From the IMG/VR virus record IMGVR_UViG_3300013121_000029, positions 32,001 to 96,000 of that record: a DNA stretch of 64,000 nucleotides; one strand, given 5' to 3'. The notes below the pieces were generated by a model. That model saw nothing but the letters and a program-made list of their open reading frames with translations, did no database searches and was not told the DNA's origin. The translations under genes were made by a program, and so were the position numbers. Of this stretch, positions 1-10,360 are shown piece by piece. The first letter of the stretch is position 1; each line of letters starts with the position of its first letter. This DNA comes from a virus. Its lineage: Duplodnaviria > Caudoviricetes.

Positions 1-298
1 TTACTTCTAGTGTTTCAATACGTGATTGAGCATCTTTCATTGCTTCTTCACGATTGTCAGCTGAGTATACAGATATCTTACACGAAGCACCACACTCTTT
101 AACAAGTGCCACTAGTTCGTTTGGGGTGACGATGCTGATGAGGTCATCTGGTTTTGTAGGATTAGCAGGATCATAAGAGGTAGGATCCTTTACTACAATT
201 ATTTGTTCTTCTTTTGGTTCAGGGGAAGCAGTAGATGAAGTATCAAACTCGATATCTTCTGCAATTCCAGCTAAACGACGTAATTCTTGCTGATTCAT
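1..298 (-). CDS. Hypothetical, probably virion-associated protein (runs off window edge)
   Basis: ATG at 298, MNQQELRRLAGIAEDIEF..., open to position 1; late promoter and GGTGG RBS upstream. Confidence 0.6.
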   Translation of the reverse strand, partial: MNQQELRRLAGIAEDIEFDTSSTASPEPKEEQIIVVKDPTSYDPANPTKPDDLISIVTPNELVALVKECGASCKISVYSADNREEAMKDAQSRIETLEV

Positions 299-352
299 AT
301 TACCACCAAATCTTTTAATGTATTTATTAAAAAGATTGGATTTGGTAGTAAT
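299..352 (-). promoter_or_regulatory. Late promoter (ATAAATA, 321-327) inside a long hairpin that masks the RBS
   Basis: Arms ATTACTACCAAATC (352-339) and GATTTGGTGGTAAT (312-299) pair over the SD. Confidence 0.6.
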
Positions 353-909
353 TAATTATGTGGAATAATTTCGAACAGATTGGATACTCTTGATACATCA
401 GTGATATTTTGATTCCACGGCCTATTGATTAAGAATACTTCCTTAACATTCAACAATCCATATGCTTGTTCAGCATGAGCATGATTGTCTTCCACATATA
501 CTTCTACACGCGGAAATGTTTTAAGATAGTCACGTTTTGCAGCATGAAGAGGTACACATATAACTTCATCAATTGCTAATGAATTATCAACACACCATTG
601 TTGGGTAAGAGAAAGTCCTGAAGGATGGTATCCTCGAGCTGTGAGAATAACAGTTTTGCATCCTTGATCTTTATAATATTGTACTAATTCTTTAGCTCCA
701 GGTTCGACAGTTAATTTTTCCAAGATTTCACGTTCAACTATCATTTCACTAATATGATTAAAATCAAAATTGTAAATCTTACCAATTTCATATTGATTCC
801 ATTCTGTCCAAGAAACATGTTTATTTAAATGCTCACTTACGAGAACTTCTAATGGTTCTCGTAAGTTTGCCAGTACATCATCACAATCAAAAACAGCAAC
901 TTTATTCAT
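352..909 (-). CDS. HAD-superfamily 5'(3')-nucleotidase/phosphatase
   Basis: FDCDDVL motif I, ILTAR motif II, YVEDN motif IV; likely start MNKVAV at 909 overlapping the ligase stop. Confidence 0.75.
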   Translation of the reverse strand: MNKVAVFDCDDVLANLREPLEVLVSEHLNKHVSWTEWNQYEIGKIYNFDFNHISEMIVEREILEKLTVEPGAKELVQYYKDQGCKTVILTARGYHPSGLSLTQQWCVDNSLAIDEVICVPLHAAKRDYLKTFPRVEVYVEDNHAHAEQAYGLLNVKEVFLINRPWNQNITDVSRVSNLFEIIPHN

Positions 910-2056
910 CGGTATTGATAACATTGTCAGTAAATCCATATTTTTTATAGTTCTTTTTCAAGAATTCTTTATATTCTACTCCTTTACCTAGATATTTGCT
1001 CATAGCCAATCCGAACGTACCATCTTTAAATGTTTCTTGTCCAAGAATAGCATATGACTTTCTATCTAACTCTTTATTAGCAGAGTAGAATGTTTCAATA
1101 CTTGAAACTAAATGATTATAAATGTGATCCGCTTTGATTTGGATTTCATTTATTCTCGTTATAGCAGCTAAATCATCATAAAACAATGCACGAACATCAT
1201 CAATTGCTTCATCAAGAACAGCTTCAAACAATCTACGTGTAGAATTAATTGAGTCTTTTGCACGATGACGTACAAGATACCAATTCGTCTTTAACTTCAT
1301 GAATTGTTTATTAACTCTAAGCACATATCCTTCAATATTTTCTTGTTTGTCCATTGATTCGACGAACTGTTCAACAGAATTGTATTGTGATACAATATCA
1401 TTTACTGGAATTGTTTTAATCCAATATCTAAACAGAATATTATTAATATCAGCACGGACCACGTCACGTAAATTATTTAAAGTAACGTATTCCCCTGTGT
1501 CGTTATGACGAATACCAAGAACAATCAATTTGGCTTTATCATATGGCAATACGATTCTATTTGTTGGAGAAACATATTCCATATTAACAGTAAAATTACG
1601 ATCGACCATATATGATAAAGCATATAATAATTCATCATTATTATCAAGAAGTTGTTGAGCAGCTTGGGCTTGTTCAGAAAACAATGATGCTTTTGTCTTT
1701 AATTTAACAGTATCTTTATGAGAATATGTTGAGATTAAAGATCCGTCCGCTTTATCCATAATGTCTGTTGTTTGAGTAAAATCAACAGTCATAGTGAAAG
1801 GATTTTCACGGTAATTAAAGAACTTTTCAGGGGTTCTCGCTACTAAACGAATTGGTTGTCCGTCCTTCAGTTCAAACATAATGCCACGTGCTTCTAACGC
1901 ATTTTTAGCACAGAAATCAGTGTATGAGGCAAGACGATAATTAAAAATACGATATTCAATATCGTCCATTTTTTGATCAACAATATAAAATGCTTCGTTA
2001 GCTTGTGTTAAAGCTAACAAATCATTATAAATGTCTAATTGGTTTATTGTTAACAT
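902..2056 (-). CDS. rnlA: T4 Rnl1-family RNA ligase
   Basis: IFNYRLASY, EARGIMF, PEKFFN, motif I KADGSLI, EGYV, KLKTNWY. Confidence 0.9.
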   Translation of the reverse strand: MLTINQLDIYNDLLALTQANEAFYIVDQKMDDIEYRIFNYRLASYTDFCAKNALEARGIMFELKDGQPIRLVARTPEKFFNYRENPFTMTVDFTQTTDIMDKADGSLISTYSHKDTVKLKTKASLFSEQAQAAQQLLDNNDELLYALSYMVDRNFTVNMEYVSPTNRIVLPYDKAKLIVLGIRHNDTGEYVTLNNLRDVVRADINNILFRYWIKTIPVNDIVSQYNSVEQFVESMDKQENIEGYVLRVNKQFMKLKTNWYLVRHRAKDSINSTRRLFEAVLDEAIDDVRALFYDDLAAITRINEIQIKADHIYNHLVSSIETFYSANKELDRKSYAILGQETFKDGTFGLAMSKYLGKGVEYKEFLKKNYKKYGFTDNVINTDE

Positions 2057-2063
2057 AAAATCC

Positions 2064-2501
2064 TCATTTATTAGAGTAAATTATACATCCTGAACCTATA
2101 AGGATCAACAGTCCACCTATAAGCATTGAGGGATTTAATTGTTTTTCTTTGAATAATAAAAATCCGACTATAGCAACTAATAGCGGATACGTTATTTCGA
2201 CCAATGCAGCTAACGTAGGGTTGTTACTTGTTCCGATTGCTTGAAATAAGCAAAGTGTTCCTACTGTTCCTGTTATCGCAGTAATGAATACGAAAAATTG
2301 TTGTTGTAAATTAGATGCTAATAATTTTTGAATATCGTTATCAATGATATGATAGTAAAGGGGTAAGAATATAGTTAAAGGAATTAATGGTAACATAAAG
2401 ACAAATAACGGACTAACAACATCCAATGCTTTATTAATAAAGTTGTAATGGAAACCCCATATTACTACAGTAAAGAAGGCCCAAATATACCAAGGAAACA
2501 T
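2064..2501 (-). CDS. EamA/DMT-family small membrane protein
   Basis: About five hydrophobic segments; YPLLVAIVGFLLFKE...GGLLILIG signature. Confidence 0.7.
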   Translation of the reverse strand: MFPWYIWAFFTVVIWGFHYNFINKALDVVSPLFVFMLPLIPLTIFLPLYYHIIDNDIQKLLASNLQQQFFVFITAITGTVGTLCLFQAIGTSNNPTLAALVEITYPLLVAIVGFLLFKEKQLNPSMLIGGLLILIGSGCIIYSNK

Positions 2502-2547
2502 AATTTACACTCCTTTTTTAGAAGTATATTATATTTCATGATTAAAG

Positions 2548-2925
2548 TCAACTTGGTAAATCAGATCCTAAAGGAAGAGGAAGTTTATTTGCAGGAATGA
2601 TTGTCTTATCTTTTTTATCTTGCTGCTTGACGCGCCATGCCTGAGAACCTTTGAATCCTCTATTCTTTGCAAGTTCACGTACAGCAAATCCAATCAAATG
2701 TTCATATTGAATCCAAGCATCTTTTTGTGTGATTTTAGGAATTACCTGACCAGCAACGTCATATGCTTTTTTAACAAGATGAATAGAATCTTTCCAATTC
2801 TGTGTTAAATCTTTTGCCCCTTTACGAATATTGTGCTTAATGTCTTTAATTGTAACAGGAGCAAGAGCTGTTCCGTCTCCTGTAATGTCTGGTTCTGATT
2901 CTCTCATTTCACGTAGAAATTGCAT
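2548..2925 (-). CDS. Hypothetical protein
   Basis: 125-aa ORF with GAGG RBS; MQFLREMRE leader. Confidence 0.55.
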   Translation of the reverse strand: MQFLREMRESEPDITGDGTALAPVTIKDIKHNIRKGAKDLTQNWKDSIHLVKKAYDVAGQVIPKITQKDAWIQYEHLIGFAVRELAKNRGFKGSQAWRVKQQDKKDKTIIPANKLPLPLGSDLPS

Positions 2926-2937
2926 ATCAACCTCTAA

Positions 2938-3849
2938 TTAAAAAATGCCAAAAGGAAAATGATATTTAGCACGCTGATGTCTGGAAGTGATAATAATTGC
3001 ACCAATTCCAGGACCACCATCACCACCACTTCCCGCCAAACTATTGTTAGCTCGTACAATAGATCCACCACCACAACCATAACCACCAGTTCCAGCAATC
3101 AATCCTTCATTCCCTGCATCCATAAATTTTGATGCACCGCCAACGGCTTGTGAAGTACTACCAAGAAGCCCTGCTACAAAATGATTTACTTGTCCTGCCA
3201 TTGAAACCAAGCTTGTAATAGCAGCGGCGGAATAACCACTGCCACCAGCTGTTCCTCCATATATCACACTCTCAAATACACTTCCGGTGTTACCACTTGT
3301 TGAGTCTGCGCCTTTATATTCTACTCCTGTTAATTGAATAGTAGTCATCGTACCGTAACCAGGAGTGTCGCCTATAGTAGCTATTACACTATTACCACCA
3401 TTAAAAGTAAATGGACCTGGGTTTCTTGCAGCATCCCCTCCGGCACCACCTTCTAACACGAATGTTAGTGGTAAATCAGTACCGTACTCTGTTGAGTCGC
3501 AAGTAAGAGAAATGGTCGTGTCCCCACCTGGGGAACCAGTCCCTTCACTCGATGTTCTACCAGCTCCTCCGTCCCCTAAAGTAAAAGTTACTTCCGAAAA
3601 CATGCTATATGGTACAGAAAACAAAAATCCTGTTCCACCAGCCCCCCCAACTGCAGTATAACCACTACCATCATTATATGAACGACCGCCCCCACCTCCG
3701 CCAGCTAAACCATAAATGAATACGGTAGCATTTGCTGGAATATGTCGTAAGGGTTTGGTAACAGTTCCACTAGACGTAATTATTTCAGTATGATACACTT
3801 CATTGTATAAATCAAAATAATTTGTTGGAAATTTTGTGTTCGATGTCAT
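2938..3849 (-). CDS. Glycine-rich tail-fibre-associated protein
   Basis: GGGGGG and GGAGG motifs typical of phage glycine-rich fibre domains. Confidence 0.65.
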   Translation of the reverse strand: MTSNTKFPTNYFDLYNEVYHTEIITSSGTVTKPLRHIPANATVFIYGLAGGGGGGRSYNDGSGYTAVGGAGGTGFLFSVPYSMFSEVTFTLGDGGAGRTSSEGTGSPGGDTTISLTCDSTEYGTDLPLTFVLEGGAGGDAARNPGPFTFNGGNSVIATIGDTPGYGTMTTIQLTGVEYKGADSTSGNTGSVFESVIYGGTAGGSGYSAAAITSLVSMAGQVNHFVAGLLGSTSQAVGGASKFMDAGNEGLIAGTGGYGCGGGSIVRANNSLAGSGGDGGPGIGAIIITSRHQRAKYHFPFGIF

Positions 3850-3867
3850 GTATTTTACTCTTTAATG

Positions 3868-5970
3868 TTAATATTTATTCAAATAAGGAGACAGAAGTAA
3901 GTTCATATCCATACCTGGTTTATTAATCCAATCAATATAACCTATAATTGGTGGATCGTCTGTTAACGATCCATGAGGTACAAGATAAACAAGACCATTA
4001 GGTGCTTGAACAGCACCCCAAAATCTTTGTTCGTTTGTGTAAGCAGGAGAATTGAGGTCTGTTTCGTTAAATTGTATAGATAAACGTGCTTGATTATTAG
4101 TATAATAACGTATTGGTCTAATGAACAATGCTTTGTCATTGTCAAATGGTGCAAACATAATCTCACCGCTTGGTGTTACGCAACCACCCATCCAACGTTG
4201 AGAAGAAGCAGTAGCTGTGGTAACCACACCAGAGAATAATCTTTGTACTTTGGTGTTATCCGAATCAGCTTTTGATGGATCGATAACCAATACATTATCA
4301 GCATCAAGAGGAGCACAATAAATCTTTCCATCAGCACCCAAAACACCGCCTGACCATTTATCGACACCTGTGTCCCCACCTTCAATAGTAAAATCTAATG
4401 ACGTTGGAGTGTGTGTTCCGGCCATTGTAGTTCCTACTGCTAGTCTTACAATTGTATCAGCAGTATCTGAAGAAGGAATAAAATACATATTATCGTCACT
4501 ACCAAGTACAACCCCTCTATATCCTGTAACGTTGTCAGGAGTTGGAATCATTTTGATACCATTTGATGTCATTCCACCAATAGTAGTAATTGTTGACAAC
4601 AAGGTAAATTGTGAATCCCATGGTGCTATACATAAGATAGAGTTTTCTATAACAGTGTTGTTTTGATAAGGTGCAGCGTATACTAAACCAGTAATAGGAT
4701 CAACAATAGAACCCATCCATCCAAAAGTTCCTTCAGAATCTAATTGTTTCCATTGGAATGTTTCAGTAGTAGGGTTAAATTTAAAGAAGTGATATGTTGT
4801 GTCGTTTGTTGCTTGATAGCTGTAGTTACTTGGAACGAATAATATATCACCATCAACAACTAATACCCCTGAAGCCCAACGTGGTTCAGACGAACCGGAA
4901 AAGTTAGTTAATCCTGTTGTATCAACTACAATTTCAGTATGAGTGTTTAAAATAGGGTTGATTTTTAAAATTGTAAAATCACCACTTGAATTACGGGAGT
5001 AAGGACTGCAATATATGCATCCATCAGGAGCAAGTACACCACCGGCCCAACGATGAGGTCTGTCATGCACCATAAATGGTGAGTCTCTTGTTTCAACCGG
5101 ATTTGTATAATCAGCCGCATGCAGATAAGCATATTTTTTAAGTTCAGCAGTAACAGGATGTGGGTTAATGTTTTCTTTTACCCATTGTGTAGTTGCGACC
5201 TTTAACGACTCGTCTAAATCTGGTGGATTTCTTGAAAGAAACACATAATTATCAGACGAGGTTGTTAATGTAATATCACCAGTCGTTGAATCAATATTTA
5301 AATCATTATTGCTTGTTAATGTTAAATCTGATGATGTTACATCAACCACATCAGCCGTTACAGTGATGTCACCAGTTGATGTTTCTAACTCAATGCTTTT
5401 TGAAGCTCCAAAATTTAATTCAATGTTGCCATTATTTTTAATGGTAATATTTGAATCTGATACTCCAGTCGATAATACTAAATCACCACTTGTGTTACTT
5501 GTAATAGTTGAATCTGGTGAAACGTTTCCAGTTGCATAGAATTGTAATGTTCTATTACCAGAATCTAAATCTGATGTGCCAATTTGAGTAGTTGATGGTA
5601 AAATGCTGAGTTTTGGATATTGAACGAAAGAACGTAAATCTTCTCGTGCTGTAACACTATCAGCGTCTGTTGTTACTTTCCACAAAGGAATGTCGTAGTT
5701 TTCGTTTGATGTGGCATCCCACGTTGCCCCTTCAAGTACCACAATATCTATTGGTGAACTTGAAAAGCGTAATACAATCCATGATACAGTATTTGCCGAT
5801 AAAGATTTAGTTTCACCAGTTATTTCAGTTAATGTATTATCTTCGGAATTGTATACAATTCCTGTATGATAACCAAAATATAAACCAGCAGGTGTATCAA
5901 TATTGAATGCAAATTGATCCTGTGATTCGTTAACAGTTTGACTATTTTTAAACGATTTACTAGAAGCCAT
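3868..5970 (-). CDS. Tail fibre/virion protein with C-terminal beta-propeller
   Basis: Repeated W-x-GGVL-x2-DG-x-IY-x-xP blades; KVATTQWVK fibre motif; late promoter at 5994-6000. Confidence 0.65.
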   Translation of the reverse strand: MASSKSFKNSQTVNESQDQFAFNIDTPAGLYFGYHTGIVYNSEDNTLTEITGETKSLSANTVSWIVLRFSSSPIDIVVLEGATWDATSNENYDIPLWKVTTDADSVTAREDLRSFVQYPKLSILPSTTQIGTSDLDSGNRTLQFYATGNVSPDSTITSNTSGDLVLSTGVSDSNITIKNNGNIELNFGASKSIELETSTGDITVTADVVDVTSSDLTLTSNNDLNIDSTTGDITLTTSSDNYVFLSRNPPDLDESLKVATTQWVKENINPHPVTAELKKYAYLHAADYTNPVETRDSPFMVHDRPHRWAGGVLAPDGCIYCSPYSRNSSGDFTILKINPILNTHTEIVVDTTGLTNFSGSSEPRWASGVLVVDGDILFVPSNYSYQATNDTTYHFFKFNPTTETFQWKQLDSEGTFGWMGSIVDPITGLVYAAPYQNNTVIENSILCIAPWDSQFTLLSTITTIGGMTSNGIKMIPTPDNVTGYRGVVLGSDDNMYFIPSSDTADTIVRLAVGTTMAGTHTPTSLDFTIEGGDTGVDKWSGGVLGADGKIYCAPLDADNVLVIDPSKADSDNTKVQRLFSGVVTTATASSQRWMGGCVTPSGEIMFAPFDNDKALFIRPIRYYTNNQARLSIQFNETDLNSPAYTNEQRFWGAVQAPNGLVYLVPHGSLTDDPPIIGYIDWINKPGMDMNLLLSPYLNKY

Positions 5971-6009
5971 GATAACTACTCAAAATATGATTGTATTTAT
6001 CATTTTATC

Positions 6010-6366
6010 TCATTTCAAAGGGATACTTGGTAAACCTTCACAAGTAGAAGAATACATCCCAGTTGTAGATTCTAATTCTGAGGAATAATTGAGTAATTGT
6101 TTAATAGTGGCTTTGTAATATTGAACAACCTTACCAGGTTGGTCCTTATCATCCTCAGAAATTAGGTCTAAAAATAAAATCGGACGTTCGGGTTTTTGCA
6201 CTGAAAGCATTTCTGATGGGCAAGCATATACAGGCTTTACGACTTCGATGGTCTTTGTATGATATACCATTTTATCGCAATCCCCTTTTGGACAAATTTT
6301 AATATAACTACATCCGCTCAATATAAAAAACATGGTGATGAGTAAAATTGGTTTAAAGTTTACCAT
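6010..6366 (-). CDS. Outer-membrane spanin (Rz1-like lipoprotein)
   Basis: Signal peptide with lipobox ILSG-C; Pro/Cys-rich; overlaps the end of the i-spanin. Confidence 0.7.
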   Translation of the reverse strand: MVNFKPILLITMFFILSGCSYIKICPKGDCDKMVYHTKTIEVVKPVYACPSEMLSVQKPERPILFLDLISEDDKDQPGKVVQYYKATIKQLLNYSSELESTTGMYSSTCEGLPSIPLK

Positions 6367-6806
6367 TGTAGTGATCCTCTTCCTTCAATCAGATAATCAA
6401 TTGCTGAATTGCAATCTTTTGGACGTTGCTCATTTAAAATTTGACGTAATTCTTGTTCATTTTGTTGTTTTTTCTTTTCTGCTTCTAATTTCAATTGTGC
6501 AATTATTTCATTTTTCTTTTGTAATTCTTTTGCTAAGGTGTTCACGGCTGTATTTTGTTTCCCTATTGCCGTTTCAAGAGTCGTGATGGTTCCTGTTTGT
6601 ACAGTCATTGCATCATCTTTTGCAGACAACTTCTCATTTAACTGTTTAATAGTTCCTTCGTGTGTTATTGCTTTAGTTTGCCAGTCATTAATCTCACCCT
6701 TAAGAAACATTATATATCCACATAATGCTAATACTGCTAGTCCGACAGCTATTGCTTTTTTGTTATTACCTATAAATTGTAATAATGCTACTAATCCTGT
6801 GCCCAT
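6360..6806 (-). CDS. Inner-membrane spanin (Rz-like)
   Basis: N-terminal TM helix followed by a long coiled coil; directly upstream of the lipoprotein gene. Confidence 0.7.
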   Translation of the reverse strand: MGTGLVALLQFIGNNKKAIAVGLAVLALCGYIMFLKGEINDWQTKAITHEGTIKQLNEKLSAKDDAMTVQTGTITTLETAIGKQNTAVNTLAKELQKKNEIIAQLKLEAEKKKQQNEQELRQILNEQRPKDCNSAIDYLIEGRGSLQW

Positions 6807-7000
6807 TTATTGTTCCTCTTTTCTTCTAAAAGAAGTCTTTGACATTCTTTCAGTTGTTGTTTTGTTACATCACGTTCTTGTTCAGCCAAATATAAACGTT
6901 TGTTCATTAATGAAAGCATTTTTGTCAAACGAGCATTTTCAACTACAACTTTTTTATATGCAAGTTGTAATTTTTTAATTAATGTTTCATTATTATTCAT
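6791..7000 (-). CDS. Hypothetical coiled-coil protein
   Basis: 69-aa ORF overlapping both neighbours. Confidence 0.45.
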   Translation of the reverse strand: MNNNETLIKKLQLAYKKVVVENARLTKMLSLMNKRLYLAEQERDVTKQQLKECQRLLLEEKRNNKWAQD

Positions 7001-7482
7001 CTGAGTTTTGCTCTAATTGGACGTATTTGTTTTGCCGCAGGCATGATTCTGCCATTATATAAATGGTTGTAAGGATTTCTTTGCAATGCTTGATCAGCAA
7101 AAGCTCTTGCAAAATCTCCATTAGGATATAACACACAATCTACGTGGGTATATTGTAATTCTTTTGCAATTGATAATCTATTAGAACCACCCCAAATAAC
7201 ATATACCGTATCAGTATCTTTATATCCTGTTGGTAAATCTAAAATTCTCTTCTTGTATTTTTCCTTTTGTGCTTTTAACTGCGAGAATGTACACTCGACT
7301 ACTAATAGAGGAAATTTTAACCCGTTAGCACTAATATCTTGTTTTACGTTATGGTAAAACGGAACTCCTCTATAATTAATTGCTACAGGGACAGAAGCCC
7401 ATAATTTATCAACAGGCAGCTGAACAATCTGACGATTATTCCACGTATCAGTATATTGGCATTTGAGAGTCGTTTCTTCCAT
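6997..7482 (-). CDS. ParB/Srx-like domain protein
   Basis: GLKFPLLV...YVIWGGSNRLSIAKELQYTHVDC resembles the ParB-N GxxR motif. Confidence 0.5.
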   Translation of the reverse strand: MEETTLKCQYTDTWNNRQIVQLPVDKLWASVPVAINYRGVPFYHNVKQDISANGLKFPLLVVECTFSQLKAQKEKYKKRILDLPTGYKDTDTVYVIWGGSNRLSIAKELQYTHVDCVLYPNGDFARAFADQALQRNPYNHLYNGRIMPAAKQIRPIRAKLR

Positions 7483-7486
7483 GAGG

Positions 7487-7954
7487 TTATTTATTAGTGA
7501 TTTTGAGGTAATCTTCGAATCCGTTAATTAACATTTCGTTCATCGCTATATAATCTGAAATTATTCGTTGAAAAACGATAACTCCTTTAAATTTAGCATG
7601 TAAATGTTCTAATTGTTCTAGTTGTTCGTGTAGTTGCTTCATGATTTCATCTTTGTAATTCATGAAAATCGTATGTGCTATACGATTAAAAGGGGACATT
7701 TCTTCGTTAGGGTATGGGAGAGCATTCCACAATTGCTCTATATAATCGAAATCGTTATTGAATTTTTTTCTGATTAATTCGTGTGAATACTTAGTATTCC
7801 ATCGTGGTTGAATTATATCAGAAATTGCTGTTAAAACAGCATTAGATAAACGATTGTCGGAGGATGCTTTACTTTGATCACGGTCTTTTTTACGGAATCT
7901 TTCTGCAGCATTGATGACGTTGTCTTGCTCATGTAATAGATCTCTTATTAACAT
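7487..7954 (-). CDS. Hypothetical protein, MLIRDLLHE leader
   Basis: 155-aa ORF with AGGA RBS. Confidence 0.55.
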   Translation of the reverse strand: MLIRDLLHEQDNVINAAERFRKKDRDQSKASSDNRLSNAVLTAISDIIQPRWNTKYSHELIRKKFNNDFDYIEQLWNALPYPNEEMSPFNRIAHTIFMNYKDEIMKQLHEQLEQLEHLHAKFKGVIVFQRIISDYIAMNEMLINGFEDYLKITNK

Positions 7955-7969
7955 GGTTATTCCTGGTAT

Positions 7970-8800
7970 TTATTTGTACACTATATAATTTTGGTATAAA
8001 TTTGAATCTGTACCATATTCGCCGTCTGCAAATCCTGTTAAATAGAATTTTTCAAACGAATGTCCTGTTCGATATGCTGGTCTTATAATTCCAAACATTG
8101 TATCTTTACACCCTAATACTCCGATTCTAGCAACAAAATCTTCTGTGTTAACAAAATGAAATGGTGGATAAGGAATGACAGGCATTTCATCTGCACCAGA
8201 ACCGAATGTGTATACTTCTAATTTGTGAAGAATTTGGTTAACTTGAGCATCTTGTTTTAATCTTTTAATTATGTTTGATATAACAATTCCACCTTGAGAA
8301 TGTCCAATTAAAATAACTTTATCTTGTGACAATAATGCTTGTTTGATTATTTTTGCATAAGAATTTACAATTGGTTCTCTTATGTTCAATGTTCTTCCTA
8401 AGAAACATTCTAATATATCAATTAAAAGACCATTAGTAGGATTGTATAATCCTACTACTTTGTGTCTTAGCAAATAAGACAGATAATGTACTTGATGTGA
8501 GTATTTGTTTTCTGACGTTAACACACCATTAATATAAAAGATGATAGTGCCATCATTATCACGTTTATAAGAGTTTTCTGGAGCTGTAATGACAGGATGG
8601 TGATCGTTTAAATGGATACGAGGGACAATAAAATGCCATAAGGTTGACCAAACTGTATTTGGGTTTCTTTTTGGACAAAATCTAAGTATTTTTTCGTGAT
8701 TTTCTACATCATGTTTATTAGTTTTTTTCCATAAAAACAAATATTGAATATTTGTGAGAATTAGTGTTAGATCACGCCACAGATTAGATAAAAGGTTCAT
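7970..8800 (-). CDS. Alpha/beta hydrolase (lipase-like)
   Basis: Nucleophile elbow GHSQGG; YINGV; YTFGS; D and H downstream. Confidence 0.75.
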   Translation of the reverse strand: MNLLSNLWRDLTLILTNIQYLFLWKKTNKHDVENHEKILRFCPKRNPNTVWSTLWHFIVPRIHLNDHHPVITAPENSYKRDNDGTIIFYINGVLTSENKYSHQVHYLSYLLRHKVVGLYNPTNGLLIDILECFLGRTLNIREPIVNSYAKIIKQALLSQDKVILIGHSQGGIVISNIIKRLKQDAQVNQILHKLEVYTFGSGADEMPVIPYPPFHFVNTEDFVARIGVLGCKDTMFGIIRPAYRTGHSFEKFYLTGFADGEYGTDSNLYQNYIVYK

Positions 8801-8844
8801 TCTATGTTCCTCACCATACTATATTACTATTTAGATCAGAAAAC

Positions 8845-8873
8845 AAAAAACCGCGCCAAAGCGCGGTTTTTTT
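8845..8873. terminator. Rho-independent terminator (bidirectional)
   Basis: AAAAAACCGCGC-CAAA-GCGCGGTTTTTT. Confidence 0.85.
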
Positions 8874-8888
8874 ATTTCGAAACGTTGA

Positions 8889-9491
8889 TTAACATTCGCA
8901 ACGATACTTAGGACACTTGCAACCCATGCAAGTTTCTTCGTCTTCAGGTTTACGTGGAGGAACATCATCTGCATCAAATTCAAGATCGACATCGTCCGAA
9001 GGAGGCATATCGTCCGAAGGAACTTCATCAGATGGTACATCTTCAGGAACCTCATCATCCATTGGCATATCATCATCCATTGGCATATCATCATCCATTG
9101 GCATTTCGTCAGATGGAGATACCATCTCTTTGCCCTTAGATGCAAAATATTGATGTAAGGAGTCAGTTGCTAATTCCTCATCGCCATCAATGATAGCATG
9201 AATCATAGTTTTAAGTAAGTCTTTTTCTTCGCCCATTCCGTCTTCTACAGGCTCATCGTCCATTGGAAGTTCGTCATCAGCATTCATTTCAGGTTCGTCT
9301 TCAGGCATATCATCTGATGGAACATCATCAGTTGGCATATCTTCAGGAACTTCATCAGTTGGTACATCAGAGCCAACATCAAGATCAAGTTCGTCATCAA
9401 CAACCCCTTCTTTAACGGGCTTGAGATTTAATTTGTTATTTTCTTTGGAAAACAACTTCTTCATTTTTGTTTTCTTTGGCGCGTTCTTCAT
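8889..9491 (-). CDS. Highly acidic Asp/Pro/Met-repeat late protein (scaffold/core-like)
   Basis: D/E-rich repeats, C-terminal CxxCxCxxxxCxC, late promoter 9519-9525, AGGAG RBS, own terminator. Confidence 0.6.
   Translation of the reverse strand: MKNAPKKTKMKKLFSKENNKLNLKPVKEGVVDDELDLDVGSDVPTDEVPEDMPTDDVPSDDMPEDEPEMNADDELPMDDEPVEDGMGEEKDLLKTMIHAIIDGDEELATDSLHQYFASKGKEMVSPSDEMPMDDDMPMDDDMPMDDEVPEDVPSDEVPSDDMPPSDDVDLEFDADDVPPRKPEDEETCMGCKCPKYRCEC
9052..9104. repeat. 18-bp tandem repeat x3 (codes MPMDDD)
   Basis: TCATCATCCATTGGCATA at 9052, 9070, 9088. Confidence 0.85.
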
Positions 9492-9552
9492 TTATAGTCT
9501 CCTTGTGCCAGACTTGAGTATTTATGAAGAGTGAAAGAAAAGGTATCAAAAA

Positions 9553-9975
9553 TCATTGACACCAATTGTATTTCTCGCCTTGACCAGAATATGGCATTGC
9601 ATGTTTTTTATCAATCATTAATTTATTGATATTAACACCATTCGATGTGGTTACAGTAGCATTTATACGACCACCGTATTTGTCCCACTTATAACTTGAA
9701 ATTTCTACAATGCTTCCTACAGGTAATTGTTCCATTAAGAAGTTTGATGCTAATACTGCTTTATCATGTTCTTTATTACATTTTGATCTACTTCCTTTTT
9801 CAGGGGTGTCAATACCATTTAATCGAATATACACTACGTTTAATGGAGGTGGTAAATCAACATGAGTTTTGAAAGTATCACCATCATATACTTGATCTAC
9901 TACAACATGAAAAGGTTCAGATGCCAGTGCAATAGTGGATATACACAATAGAAAGAAGAATAAAATTGCTTTCAT
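9553..9975 (-). CDS. Thermonuclease (SNase-like) with signal peptide
   Basis: VYDGDT, IRLNGIDTPE, DKYGGRI. Confidence 0.85.
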   Translation of the reverse strand: MKAILFFFLLCISTIALASEPFHVVVDQVYDGDTFKTHVDLPPPLNVVYIRLNGIDTPEKGSRSKCNKEHDKAVLASNFLMEQLPVGSIVEISSYKWDKYGGRINATVTTSNGVNINKLMIDKKHAMPYSGQGEKYNWCQ

Positions 9976-10172
9976 AAAAACATCTCATAAAAAACTTTAA
10001 AGGTAATTGGTTTATCGTCAAACGATTCTTTAACAGCAAAATCTTTAGCGGCTTTCTTGCTGATTGTTTTTGCGACCTTTTTTACACGAGGCGGGCAGTT
10101 ATCTATTTGTCCTGTTTGGCAAGCATGTACCCACCCCATAAACTTACGTTGTGCTTCTGATTGAGCTGGCAT
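9972..10172 (-). CDS. Small conserved phage protein (DUF3008-like)
   Basis: MPAQSEAQRKFMG start motif. Confidence 0.5.
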   Translation of the reverse strand: MPAQSEAQRKFMGWVHACQTGQIDNCPPRVKKVAKTISKKAAKDFAVKESFDDKPITFKVFYEMFL

Positions 10173-10194
10173 AGAAATATCTCTTTAAAGATAT

Positions 10195-10359
10195 TTAGTC
10201 AGCATCCTCATCCTGTTCGATGGACTCAATCAATGCATCCATTTCGGCATAGAATTGTGAATATAAATCAACAATGTCATCCATATCATGAACTCGACTT
10301 GCTGATTCAAGTTCATCATGTAATGAATCCATAAGTTTTCTAACACGTGTTGTATTCAT
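10195..10359 (-). CDS. Small acidic hypothetical protein (54 aa, below ORF-track cutoff)
   Basis: MNTTRVRKLMDSLHDELES...DEDAD; GAGGGG RBS. Confidence 0.5.
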   Translation of the reverse strand: MNTTRVRKLMDSLHDELESASRVHDMDDIVDLYSQFYAEMDALIESIEQDEDAD

Positions 10360-10360
10360 A

